Assembly (NCBI GenBank): GCA_009781445.1
Contig: WQYD01000001.1
Location: 4,960 to 68,959 of the forward strand
DNA length: 64,000 nucleotides
Direction of reading: 5' to 3'
Source of the DNA: Bacillota bacterium
Lineage (GTDB): Bacteria; Bacillota; Clostridia; Christensenellales; DTU072
Made by a program: the position numbers and the translations under genes. This document shows positions 1 to 9,500 of the stretch, piece after piece. Numbering within the stretch: the stretch's first letter is position 1; every line of letters begins with the position of its first letter. Below the pieces are notes generated by a model. It made no database searches. It worked only from the letters and a program-made list of their open reading frames with translations, and was not told where the DNA came from.

Positions 1-1094
1 TGCGCCTCATGTATGTGGGCATGACACGCGCGCGTTACCATTTATATATAACAGGGAAAAATTCTAAAACAATTAAGCCCCGCGAAAAGGATTGTTTGGG
101 CTTTGTGGATTTTATAAATCTTGCGTCAAAAAGGAATCCGCTGATAAATAGCTATAAAGATTCTGCGCACAGCGCAGAAACAATTCAGAATTCAGAATGC
201 AGAATGCAGAATGAAGGAAGGGATTCAGCGCACAGCGCACAGCGCACAGCGCACAATGGCGGATATAATAATAAAGATTCCACCCCTATGCCCTATGCCC
301 TATGCCCTATGCCCTCAACTATTCCCTCTTCCCCAATCCCTAATCCCTCACCTATTCTTAACAAATATTCCGTTTCAGGCTTAAATGCAAGCCTTTCTGA
401 GAGCGGTTTTATGGCGGACGGAACTGCGGTGAACCGTGAAATTGCGTTTTCGGGTACTAAAACCGCGGATTTAGGTAACTCTTATCACAAGTTTATGGAA
501 CTGCATGACTTTAGTAAGCGTAGTTTTGAAGAGATTAGCCTTGAAATTGAGGACTTTGTGGCTATAGGCGCGTTTGATAGCGCGGTTAAGCCCTCTGCAA
601 AGGTACTGCATTCTGCGCTTAAGCACGAAGTATTCAAATCAACGCACAGCGCAGGATTAATTCGTGATCCAGAATTCAGAATTCAGAATGAAGGAAAGGA
701 ATCAGCGCACAGTGCACAGCGCACAGCGCACAATGGCGGATATATTAATAAAGATTCCGCCCCTATGCCCTATGCCCTATGCCCTATGCCCTCATTAAAA
801 GTCTTGCGCGAAAAACCCTTCATTCTCTATCTTCCCGCCAATTCGGTGCTTAACGGCACAGACTGTACGGATAAGGTTTTAGTTCAAGGTGTGTTTGATA
901 TGCTTATTCTTGGCGGAAAGGAAAATATTTTGATTGACTACAAGGTTACAAATGCGTCTGCTGAAGCGGTTAGGGAAAAATATAAAAACCAATTAAATCT
1001 TTACAGGCGCGGGGCAGAAATTGTGTTCGGCGTTAAAATTCACAAAGCGTATATTTTTGTTTTCGGAAGGAATGAAGCGGTAGAAGTATTTTGA
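1..1094 (+). CDS. addA: AddA-type ATP-dependent helicase/nuclease, C-terminal part (5' end lies outside the window); carries two in-frame repeat-element insertions
   Basis: The ORF is open to the window edge. MYVGMTRARYHLYITG resembles SF1 helicase motif VI. DLGNSYHKFMELHDF, REKPF, VLVQGVFDMLIL, LIDYKV and QLNLYRRGAEIVFG match the AddA/RecB-family nuclease module. Stop TGA at 1092-1094. Confidence 0.65.
   Translation, partial: RLMYVGMTRARYHLYITGKNSKTIKPREKDCLGFVDFINLASKRNPLINSYKDSAHSAETIQNSECRMQNEGRDSAHSAQRTAHNGGYNNKDSTPMPYALCPMPSTIPSSPIPNPSPILNKYSVSGLNASLSESGFMADGTAVNREIAFSGTKTADLGNSYHKFMELHDFSKRSFEEISLEIEDFVAIGAFDSAVKPSAKVLHSALKHEVFKSTHSAGLIRDPEFRIQNEGKESAHSAQRTAHNGGYINKDSAPMPYALCPMPSLKVLREKPFILYLPANSVLNGTDCTDKVLVQGVFDMLILGGKENILIDYKVTNASAEAVREKYKNQLNLYRRGAEIVFGVKIHKAYIFVFGRNEAVEVF
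165..316. repeat. Composite heptamer-array/core element, in frame inside addA: [GCGCACA] - [AATTCAG/AATGCAG]x4 - [GCGCACA]x4 - degenerate reverse core ...AAAGATTCCACC - [CCTATGC]x4
   Basis: Read directly from the sequence. Same grammar as the intergenic copies. Confidence 0.9.
641..795. repeat. Second composite heptamer-array/core element in frame inside addA, with the same module order as 165-316
   Basis: Read directly. Its translation (SAHSAQRTAHNGGYINKDSAPMPYALCPMPS) nearly duplicates that of copy 1. Confidence 0.9.
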
Positions 1095-1220
1095 GGGCGT
1101 AGGGCATAGGTTATAGGGTATAGGGGTGGAATTTTATAATATTTCCACAATTCTGAATTCTGCATTCTGAATTCTGAATTAAACCTCAATTCGTACTTTC
1201 TACTTCGTACTTCGTACTTA
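1095..1220. repeat. Heptamer-array element: [CATAGGG-like]x4 - GGTGGAAT core stub - [ATTCTGA]x4 - [TTCGTAC]x3
   Basis: Starts immediately after the addA stop. Confidence 0.9.
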
Positions 1221-1350
1221 TTCTGTTGTTTTAGCTACAGATTTAGCCAAATTTGCTATTATTCTTTAAAAAAACTATTGTACTTCTATAATACTCATGA
1301 TATAATCTTATGTGCAAGTATAAAATATATATGTGTGGAGGCGTGCGCGT

Positions 1351-3015
1351 ATGGCGTTTGTTGATAAAATTTCCGAAGTTTTAAATGAAAAGCTTGATTT
1401 TTTTGGCTTAGGCGCGCAGTATACGCCTGCTTTCTATCTTGCATTGTTTGCTACGCTTCTTGTGGTTGTGGCTTTCGTGATTGCGGTTCTTGTTAAAAAC
1501 GCGTCCGAAGCTAAAAAACTTTCTGTGCTGTTTTTAGAAGTTTCAAAAGAAGTAGACGAACTTGGGATAGTAGACGAAACTAATCTTGGAAAATTAAACC
1601 AAATCGTGGGCAAACTTCCTGCCCCTGTTTACGATGCCTTCGGCAAATTTCTTGAAGCCCCGAACGCAAGCTACCCTTCGGACTATATGCCCGATTCCAT
1701 GGTAATGAACGATCCTGTTATGGTGCCAAAGCACAAAGCGGGGCTTGGCTTGTTCCGCGGGCTAACTTCCGCATTCATAGCACTGGCAGTTATTTTTGCT
1801 TCCATAGGCGAAAGTGCGGTTTGGGGTTTTGCTGTGGAAAATGCAACCTATGTTGCGCTTTGCGTGGCTTCGGTTGTGGCGTTGCCATTTTTAATTTACA
1901 TTCCGCTTGCCGTTCTTTTAAATGCTTCCTACCGCAAACAGCTTTTGGAACTTTCGGAATCTTTTAAAGAATTAAAGCTAACCCTAAATAAGCACAATGC
2001 TTTGTGGGCGGATAGGGAAGATAAATTCGTTACCGAAAATGTGGAAGAAATTAACGCCGCGATAGAAGAAATTCTTAAAAACCGCGTGCAGAACCGCCGT
2101 ATTACCGAACTTCTTGAAGTTGAGGCAGAGGCAAGGCAAGGCGAAGATTTGGCACTTGCGGCAGTTGAGGAAGTGTTTGTTCCCGAAGAGGAATATGAAT
2201 ATGAACCTGTTCCGTTGCCCGCACCAAGAGCGGTTATTGAAGAAGAACCCGTAGTTGAAGAAGCTATTGAAGAAGTTGTTGAAGAACCAATAGTTGAAGA
2301 AGTTGTTGAAGAGGCTGTGGAAGAACCTATAGTTGAAGAAGCCACTGAAGAAGTTGTTGAAGAGGCTGTGGAAGAACCTATAGTTGAAGAAGCCACTGAA
2401 GAAGTTATTGAAGAGGCAATAGAAGAACCTGTGGCGGAAGAACCGATTGTTGAAGAAATTGCGGAAGAAGCGGTAGTTGAAGAAGTCATTGAGGAAATTG
2501 CCGAAGAACCTGCGGTTGAAGAAATTGTTGAAGAGATTATAGAAGAACCTATAGTTGAAGAAGTTGTGGAAGAACCAGTAGTTGAAGAGGTTATAGAAGA
2601 ATCCGCGCAATCTAATGACGATATGTATGCAGAGCTTCTTGGGCTTGTGGAAATTATGGATGGCTTTATGAGTGATCCGAACACCACCGCCGAACATATA
2701 ACCACCTGCCGAGGCATATTGAACGAAGCAAGGCTTAACCCGATATTTAATGAACCCTTGCCCCAACAAATCTTTGATACCTGCCTTGGAATCCTTGCAG
2801 ACGCGCCTCAGCTTAAAGAAGAAGTTACTGATCCCTATGAAGATTTACTGCAACTTGTGCAAATTGTGGACGGCTTAATGCAAGACGAAAATACCACCGC
2901 GGATCAAATTGAAGAATGCAAAGCAATTCTTTCCTCTGCCCGCCAAGGCGAAAACTTTGCCACTGAAGAAATTCAACAAATCTTTGATATTTGCTTCGGA
3001 ATCCTTGAGGGATAA
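1351..3015 (+). CDS. Membrane protein with ~3 TM segments, a long acidic (E-E-x-V/I)n repeat region and two ~60-aa C-terminal repeats; function unknown
   Basis: ATG at 1351 is preceded by GGAGG (1337-1341). Hydrophobic stretches occur near the N-terminus. The EEPIVEEVVEEAVEE repeats have 51-bp periodicity. Duplicated module: LLGLVEIMDGFMSDPNTTAEHI / LLQLVQIVDGLMQDENTTADQI. An intrinsic terminator follows. Confidence 0.7.
   Translation: MAFVDKISEVLNEKLDFFGLGAQYTPAFYLALFATLLVVVAFVIAVLVKNASEAKKLSVLFLEVSKEVDELGIVDETNLGKLNQIVGKLPAPVYDAFGKFLEAPNASYPSDYMPDSMVMNDPVMVPKHKAGLGLFRGLTSAFIALAVIFASIGESAVWGFAVENATYVALCVASVVALPFLIYIPLAVLLNASYRKQLLELSESFKELKLTLNKHNALWADREDKFVTENVEEINAAIEEILKNRVQNRRITELLEVEAEARQGEDLALAAVEEVFVPEEEYEYEPVPLPAPRAVIEEEPVVEEAIEEVVEEPIVEEVVEEAVEEPIVEEATEEVVEEAVEEPIVEEATEEVIEEAIEEPVAEEPIVEEIAEEAVVEEVIEEIAEEPAVEEIVEEIIEEPIVEEVVEEPVVEEVIEESAQSNDDMYAELLGLVEIMDGFMSDPNTTAEHITTCRGILNEARLNPIFNEPLPQQIFDTCLGILADAPQLKEEVTDPYEDLLQLVQIVDGLMQDENTTADQIEECKAILSSARQGENFATEEIQQIFDICFGILEG
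2236..2604 (+). repeat. Coding tandem repeat (51-bp / 17-aa period, EVVEEAVEEPIVEEATE) inside the acidic membrane protein
   Basis: Two perfect 51-bp copies at 2299-2349 and 2350-2400, flanked by degenerate copies. Confidence 0.85.
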
Positions 3016-3045
3016 TAAGAACGAACAAAAAAGCCACCAAACGAA

Positions 3046-3081
3046 CAAAAAGCCACCAAGCTACTGCGGGGTGGCTTTTTC
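3046..3081 (+). terminator. Intrinsic terminator after the acidic membrane protein gene
   Basis: AGCCACC (3051-3057) pairs with GGTGGCT (3070-3076), followed by a T-run. It is preceded by a 20-bp direct duplication ACGAACAAAAAAGCCACCAA. Confidence 0.7.
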
Positions 3082-3085
3082 ATTA

Positions 3086-3403
3086 AGGGGGCAGGTTGCA
3101 GGGGGCAGGTTGCAGGGTTGGAATCTAAATATCATTATGAATCAGCGCACAACGCACAGCGCACAACGCACAGCGCACAACGCACAGCGCACAGCGCACA
3201 ATGGTGGATTCTAAATCTCATTATTGAAAAGTGAAACGAGAAACATGAAACGAGAAACATGGTGGATTCTAAATATCATTATTAGTTAAATAATCCATAA
3301 TTCTACATTCTGAATTCTGAATTCTGAATTAAGCCATAATTCGTACTTCGTACCTAAAAAACAATTCCACCATTGTGCGCTGTGCGCTGTGCGTTGTTCG
3401 CTG
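3086..3403. repeat. Four tandem units: [GGGGGCAGGTTGCA]x2+core; [CAGCGCA/CAACGCA]x8+core; [GTGAAACGAGAAACAT]x2+core; [ATTCTGA]x4-[TTCGTAC]x2-AATTCCACCATT-[GTGCGCT]x4
   Basis: Cores at 3116-3138, 3203-3225 and 3261-3283. The outer GCGCACA and TGTGCGC arrays are inverted relative to each other. Confidence 0.95.
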
Positions 3404-3446
3404 AATAATCACCAAAAAACCACCAAAACCGCCCCAAAAATTTTCC

Positions 3447-3475
3447 TTGACAAATTTATTTTAATGGTTTATACT
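3447..3475 (+). promoter_or_regulatory. Sigma-A-type promoter TTGACA-17-TATACT for the 916-aa lipoprotein gene
   Basis: Hexamers at 3447-3452 and 3470-3475. The SD-containing leader follows. Confidence 0.6.
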
Positions 3476-3514
3476 CATTGTATATAAACAAAAACTTGGA
3501 GGTTTTTATAAATT

Positions 3515-6265
3515 ATGACTAAAAAGAGAATTCTAACACTAATTTTAGTTCTCGTGCTTATAGCATCTGTGGGCATGATGGCTTTCGCGTGTAACAACAA
3601 TAGCACTGGTGGCGGTCGTTGCACAGGTTGTAACAAAACCAAGTGCGATAAGTCTACCCCTAAATGCCCCGGCTACACAGAGCCAGTGGACTACATAGAG
3701 CTTCAAAACTGGGTTGAAACCCTTGTGGAAAGCCTTGATAAAACCGTGGACGCGGCAATAAGGGCAGGGCTTGACTCACAAAAGAAAGGCGGAAAGCTTT
3801 ACGCAGGTGCAACTTTCTACTTAGACCTTGTGGCGGATGCCGCAAAAGGCGAGAAAGTGGAAATGGAATTGGTTGCTAAGGGCAGATTTGATGCCGTTAA
3901 CCCCGGAAACAGCGAAGCTTTCGTGTCTGTTAACCTCGGTTCTACAATTGAAGGACTGCAAGATGTGGGCATTTCAGCCACAAAGTCCCCTCACTTTACT
4001 TTGTACGCAAAGGACGGCGATGCGTGGATTGGGCAAAAACTTCTATCGGGCGCAACAATGCAATGGTCTAAGCTAAGCCAAGGCAAGGGAAAATCACCCG
4101 CTGAAAATGTGTACTCACTTGCTTACGCGCTTTCAAATGTTCCCTCTGCTTTAGGCGGTCTTCTTCCTGAAGATGACGCAGAAGAAGGAATCTTTGATGC
4201 ACCTTTCAGCGGAATTTCTGATCTATATGTTGCTGAGAATATTCCAATGCTCAAGAGCATTAGTAATCTTGTTACCTTAATAGGTCCCCTAATGAGCTGG
4301 GCTTCCGAAATAGACGAATTTGGCGAAGAGATTGAAGGCGATCCTTTCGTGTTCGCACCTAAAGGCTACAATGGCAATAACAGCCCCGCAGGTCTTTACA
4401 CATGGAACATTGCGCTTAGCCAAATAGCAGGGCTTCTTGAGATTGTGGAAGGGCTCTTTGCCGGCGACGACGGCGATGACGACGGTGGCGGTCTTTTAGG
4501 GCTTCTTGAAGGTCTTGTGGGCGACATAAGCATGTTAGACCCGATAATTGAAGCGATTTTCAATGTGGGATTAGAGGATTTCTTAGCCGGCAAAGGCGCA
4601 GATAAGTTCCCCAGCTTGCTTGTGAATTATACGCTTGACACTAAAGGGCATATTACAGGGCTTAACTTTGTTTATGACAACATGAAAGAAAAAGACATAA
4701 GGCTTGAAATCGGCATTAAGAATCTTGAATTCTCAAGCGACACAAGCACTACAGCACACCCTGCGTTTTTAGCCCCCTCGGTTTATCAAAACGCACAGGA
4801 AACAGCAATTAAACTATCGTTTAACCTTTCCACACCAAGCAGAGAATTTGATATGCTTGTGAATGCTTATGTGTATCCTTCATTCGTGATCAATTATTGC
4901 AGTGAAGACGGTGTTTCAATTAGCATTGCAGAAGGCTTACTTGCTGAGGCGGAATTAATCTTAAACGGCGAATCGTTTGGAATAGATGCAGTTTACTATA
5001 TAAACGGCACAACAGGCTACCTTGCATTTGATCTTGCGAATGTGTTTGAGGAAATAGGCGTAGAGGCAGAACACGATATTCCCACCAAATTTATGTGGGA
5101 AGCGGATATCCGCAACCTATTCAGCTTTGTAGAGGGCTATACCGCCCCCGAAACCGTGGCACCTGTGGCTTGCGAAGAATGCGATAAAACCGCTTGCGAA
5201 TGCCCTTGCGCTAAGTGCGATACAGAACCTTGCACTTGCAAGAAGTTCGTTTCTTGGGAAACAGTGTATGTTCGTTGCGAAGAATGCGCCGAATGCATTA
5301 AGACAACCCCCGGAAATTGCTTAAAACCTGTGGCAAAAGAAGTATTTAACTGGGTACCTGAACTTAACAAAACTAACACAATTGATAAAGTTGCCGATGC
5401 GGTTAAAGATATTATTAACGGCTTCATTAAAGACGGCTTTAGCATGGGAATCATTACAGATGTGTTTGATCTTCTTGACGATATCATGGATATCGGCAAC
5501 GCAATCGGCGACATCTTTAACGACAAAGTTATCACAGATAACGGCTTATCCTTCCTTAACTTCCTTACAGGGCTTGTTTCAATCCCTATGGCGAATGAAA
5601 GCGCACTTCTTGAACACATACTTGGCGGAAAGCTCAGCACCCTTGTAGAGGCTTGTGGCGACTGCGAAGGCTGTGAAGATGACGAAGATTGCTTAGCACC
5701 TGTTCTTAAGGACAACGCAGTAGTTGATTTCATTATCAGAATCGTGGCAGAATATTCAAATATAGAACAACCTGAAAGGTTTACCTATGAAGAACTTCTA
5801 AGCATGATTTACCATGTGTTTGAACTTGAAGTTGACTTGCTTAATGCTGACGCGCTTTACATTGGCGGATACGCTTATAACCGCGGGCTTATACTAATAG
5901 GCACAGGCATGGAAATGGGCGATGCTGTTAAATTCTCAGGGCAAACCATGAGTGGCGCAGGCGCAGGAATTATCCTTCAATTAACTTGCGCTAATGTTGC
6001 CCCTAACTTCCAAGGCGGTTGTGACGGCGAAGACGAAGAATGCGAACGCTGTGGCGGTACAGGATTCTTTACAGCAATGACGGCAGGCGTAGGCTTTGAT
6101 ATCGTGGCTAAGAATAAAGGCACCGTTAAACCAGCGTTTAATGTTGGAAACTTAGCAGACTTCGTAAACCTTGGCGATCCTGAAGGATTTGATATCTTCA
6201 CCCAAGCTTTACTTGACGCTTTCAAGGTTTTCAACAACAACTACACATTTCCCGAAGTTGCATAA
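3515..6265 (+). CDS. Cys-rich lipoprotein (916 aa), first of three lipobox proteins; function unknown
   Basis: Consensus promoter at 3447-3475, GGAGG at 3498-3502. Signal peptide with lipobox MMAFAC. Four clusters of CxxC motifs (for example CEECDKTACECPCAKCDTEPCTC). Strong terminator at 6311-6340. Confidence 0.85.
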   Translation: MTKKRILTLILVLVLIASVGMMAFACNNNSTGGGRCTGCNKTKCDKSTPKCPGYTEPVDYIELQNWVETLVESLDKTVDAAIRAGLDSQKKGGKLYAGATFYLDLVADAAKGEKVEMELVAKGRFDAVNPGNSEAFVSVNLGSTIEGLQDVGISATKSPHFTLYAKDGDAWIGQKLLSGATMQWSKLSQGKGKSPAENVYSLAYALSNVPSALGGLLPEDDAEEGIFDAPFSGISDLYVAENIPMLKSISNLVTLIGPLMSWASEIDEFGEEIEGDPFVFAPKGYNGNNSPAGLYTWNIALSQIAGLLEIVEGLFAGDDGDDDGGGLLGLLEGLVGDISMLDPIIEAIFNVGLEDFLAGKGADKFPSLLVNYTLDTKGHITGLNFVYDNMKEKDIRLEIGIKNLEFSSDTSTTAHPAFLAPSVYQNAQETAIKLSFNLSTPSREFDMLVNAYVYPSFVINYCSEDGVSISIAEGLLAEAELILNGESFGIDAVYYINGTTGYLAFDLANVFEEIGVEAEHDIPTKFMWEADIRNLFSFVEGYTAPETVAPVACEECDKTACECPCAKCDTEPCTCKKFVSWETVYVRCEECAECIKTTPGNCLKPVAKEVFNWVPELNKTNTIDKVADAVKDIINGFIKDGFSMGIITDVFDLLDDIMDIGNAIGDIFNDKVITDNGLSFLNFLTGLVSIPMANESALLEHILGGKLSTLVEACGDCEGCEDDEDCLAPVLKDNAVVDFIIRIVAEYSNIEQPERFTYEELLSMIYHVFELEVDLLNADALYIGGYAYNRGLILIGTGMEMGDAVKFSGQTMSGAGAGIILQLTCANVAPNFQGGCDGEDEECERCGGTGFFTAMTAGVGFDIVAKNKGTVKPAFNVGNLADFVNLGDPEGFDIFTQALLDAFKVFNNNYTFPEVA

Positions 6266-6310
6266 CAATCCAAAACACTAAAATAGTGGCAAATTTGTAG
6301 CCACTGCAAC

Positions 6311-6340
6311 AAAAAGCCCACCAATTCGGTGGGCTTTTTT
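6311..6340 (+). terminator. Strong intrinsic terminator after the 916-aa gene
   Basis: AGCCCACC (6315-6322) pairs with GGTGGGCT (6328-6335), followed by T6. Confidence 0.85.
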
Positions 6341-6344
6341 GTTG

Positions 6345-6449
6345 AGCGCACAGCGCACAGCGCACAGCGCACAAAGGTGGAATTATTTATTAATGAGATT
6401 TAGATTCCGCCATGTTTCTCGTTTCTCGTTTCTCGTTTCTCGTTTCATA
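6345..6449. repeat. [GCGCACA]x4 - GGTGGAAT...TTAATGAGATTTAGATTCCGCC (reverse core) - [GTTTCTC]x5
   Basis: Sits between the terminator of the 916-aa gene and the promoter of the 2954-aa gene. Confidence 0.95.
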
Positions 6450-6477
6450 TTTGCCCTTTATTTACCGCGCATATGTA

Positions 6478-6506
6478 TTGACATACGCGCGCATATAATA
6501 TATTAT
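6478..6506 (+). promoter_or_regulatory. Promoter TTGACA-17-TATTAT ending 7 nt before the ATG of the 2954-aa gene (leaderless-type)
   Basis: Hexamers at 6478-6483 and 6501-6506. ATG at 6514. No SD. Confidence 0.55.
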
Positions 6507-6513
6507 ATATATA

Positions 6514-9500
6514 ATGCGTACGCGCTCATTTACAAGGCAAGTTTTTAAAACCGTTGCCGTAGTGTTATCTGCGCTATTTTTGCTTACCATAATTTCTGCT
6601 TGTTCGCCCTATTTAAGCGGTGCGAAAGATAGATTTCCCATAGATCACGATAATAATGAAAATAAGGTTGTTCACCAATATCCCGAACATTCAGACGAAA
6701 GGCGCAATGCGGTTATTGATAGGGCAATCGGCGCAATGGATAATTTGCTTGTTCACCTTGATTCAATTGAAACCTCTGAAACGGGATATTCAATAGGCGC
6801 GGAAATTTTTATAAACACTTATGACGATATTCCTGCGGAAAGATCCGCATTTAAATTAAACCTTCGTGCAAACCTTTACACCTATCCTTACGAAGAAACG
6901 GACGCAGACGGTAACATTATCATGGAATATAGGAAAAGGGACGGCAAACCCCTTTTACCGGGGCAACTTTTACCGGGGAATATGTACCGCGATGAGTACG
7001 GCGAATTGGTAAAGGCGCAAGAACGCCCCATGGTAAACCAAGCTGCGCTTAAAAAGCATAACGAATTGATTAAATATAACGATATTATCCTTGAATGGTA
7101 TGACGCCGTGAACAATCAGCTTATGATAGGCTTTTATTTTGACGGCATAAATCCTAATTCCGCCGATCCGGGGAATAATCTCTATCTTAACCTCTTGGGC
7201 GATAAGCGCAAATTTGAGAACTTCGGCGACACGGTGCTATATCAGCAAATCGTAAGGCTTATCACCAAATTTAATTTAAACACCCTTGTGGGCGGTGTGT
7301 CCGGTGGCGATAATAGCACGGTAGACGATATCAGCACGCTTTTAAGGCTTTTTGTAAGCACCAATTACAAGGAAACGATAAATGACGATGTAACTTCGCT
7401 TTATTTCCACGATGTGGATTTGTTTTACATTGTGGACGATATTACCACTTACATGAGAAGTTTCTTCGCGCCGTTTGAAGATAAACTTGATCCGCTTTCA
7501 AATAAATACCTTGGGTTTAGGCTTTCCACCCTCGGCACGGCGCAAATTGCAAGCCTTGCCACGGATATGCGCTTTTTAGTAAGCACCCCCCGCCAAGCCG
7601 TGGGCGAAATTTTAACGGGGCTTGAACTTGATTTAAGGGGCGTAAGCCGTGTAATGAAAGGCACAATTCAAGATACGGTTGATTTTACTTCTCAAATGAA
7701 ATTTGAATATAACTTGCGCGTTTCCACCGATATAAGAATTGAAAATAAGCAAGAATATAAACTTTACGAACACGGACAATATGAATTTACCGCAGATCTC
7801 TATGTTCCTTTTATTGATTTGAGGGCAGACGGGCTTTTGAGAACAGATGTTAACAGCTATGATAACAGCAAAAACCGCGTGTTCATGGAATTTTACGACA
7901 AAACTAATAACGAAGTTCTAATAGGCGCGTATTATACTAACGAACTTACATATTTAAACATAACAAACCTGCAAGCCCTGTACGGCGGTATAAAATTTGA
8001 GGATATAAATTTGCCGAAGGCTTATAGAGGTGGTTTCAATTTATCCGATTTGCTTAAATTCGTGGGGGATTTTTTAGACGAATACATAGTGCTTTTCGTG
8101 GATAACCTGCTTTACAATGACGATGACGAATCTTACGCTAATTTAACCAAAACGATAATGGACAACATGGAATCCACCATGATTGATCCCGATGTTCCCG
8201 AATCGCGGAACACAATCCGCTTAAGGCTTAACATGGAATTGCTTCGCGCCGTAATGAAAGAAATGAGTGATGACGGCACGGAATATACAAATGATCAAAT
8301 GGTGGGAATGCTTAACGAAATGTTTGGCATAGATATTGAAACAATTGCCGCGCTTATGGGTGTGAATGTGAAAACACTCATGGATAGCATTTATTTTGAT
8401 ATAACTTACGATGTGGATGAGTACACAATAAAAATAGAAGTCTTTACCAAGGAAACAAATCCGCAAGGCGATCTTATGCTAAGGTTAATCCTTACCCCCA
8501 TTAAAATGGGTGAAAGCGTGGTTATCAGCTTCCCAAGTTTTGAAGGCTTTTTACCGCTTTTACCGATAAGGACTTATAGCGGAAATATTGAAGGGCAAAT
8601 CCTTTTTGCAAGCACGGAAGAAGTTGATCTTTCTGCACTTCTTGGTGCATTTGTGGGGGATTTAAGCGGGCTTAACACCCATTACATTCTTCCTGCCGAA
8701 GCCAAAATTGCTTTTACCGCAGGTTACGATCAATATATCCGTGATCAAATTCTTGAAAACGGCAGGTGGACGCGCGCAGGGCGATCTGCCTTCGCGGTTT
8801 CTTTCTTTGCCGTGGACGCCTCAAACAACCGCACAGAAATTATACGGCTTTATGCCAATGATGTCCGCTTTGATACTTCCGCGCCAGTGGAAGAATTTGG
8901 CTATGTGTGGGTGGATTTAATTTGCGTGCCTAATTTCCCGCGCGTGAAAATCCGTGAAGATTTGTTCATGCAATCCCTTTACCTTTATTTAAATCCAGAC
9001 GGGGTTCTTTTGGACGACATGAATTTAACAGTGGGCTTAACCACGGTTATGAATGTGCTAATGGAAGATTCTTGGGTTTCCTTTGAACCCGATGTTATGC
9101 GGATTACAACTTCTAACCAATTATTTAAGGATTTCTTCCGTGTAGACGAACTTATTGCCACGGTGGAACTTCAGCTTGGATTTAAGCAACGCGTGCGCAA
9201 TATAGACGAATTTGAACACCAATTCGCAATGTACACGGTGGGGCATTTTTCAGATATTCAGGGCAATTCACCTTACTCAATAAGGCTTCACCCCACAATC
9301 CCAGTTTATTTTGATTTCGGAAACCGCATTGAACTTAGAGATTTCTTTGTGCTTTACCACCCCAATTCAGTGGAAGTCCTACCCGGCAAGGGGCAGGCGG
9401 ATAATCCTTACTTCCCCACGCTTGACGGGCTTTTCATGGGCGTGTCGCGCACATATAGGGTGCTCGTTACAGGCACGCAGGACGGCGCGCGCGCAAGCAT

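Noticed and set aside
1929-2769. Two long antisense ORFs (262 and 261 aa) opposite the acidic-repeat gene.
   Set aside because: They are artefacts of the GAA/GTT-rich coding repeat. The translations are low-complexity Ser/Thr or Phe/Asn strings with no start context.
2909-3214. Short ORFs translating repeat arrays as SAQRTAH/HSAQRT peptides. Also at 6339-6548, 39961-40326, 57776-58051 and 57850-58047.
   Set aside because: They are read-through of GCGCACA-type arrays in intergenic DNA. There is no SD sequence, they overlap terminators or real genes, and they are not conserved between copies except through the repeat itself.
5137-5733. Antisense or out-of-frame ORFs of 130-200 aa inside large genes: 5137-5733, 15831-16319, 21418-21813, 34394-34900, 41316-41714, 45331-45762, 52427-52816 and 56627-57061.
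   Set aside because: Each is fully embedded in a much longer ORF with clear family signatures. Composition is typical of shadow frames.
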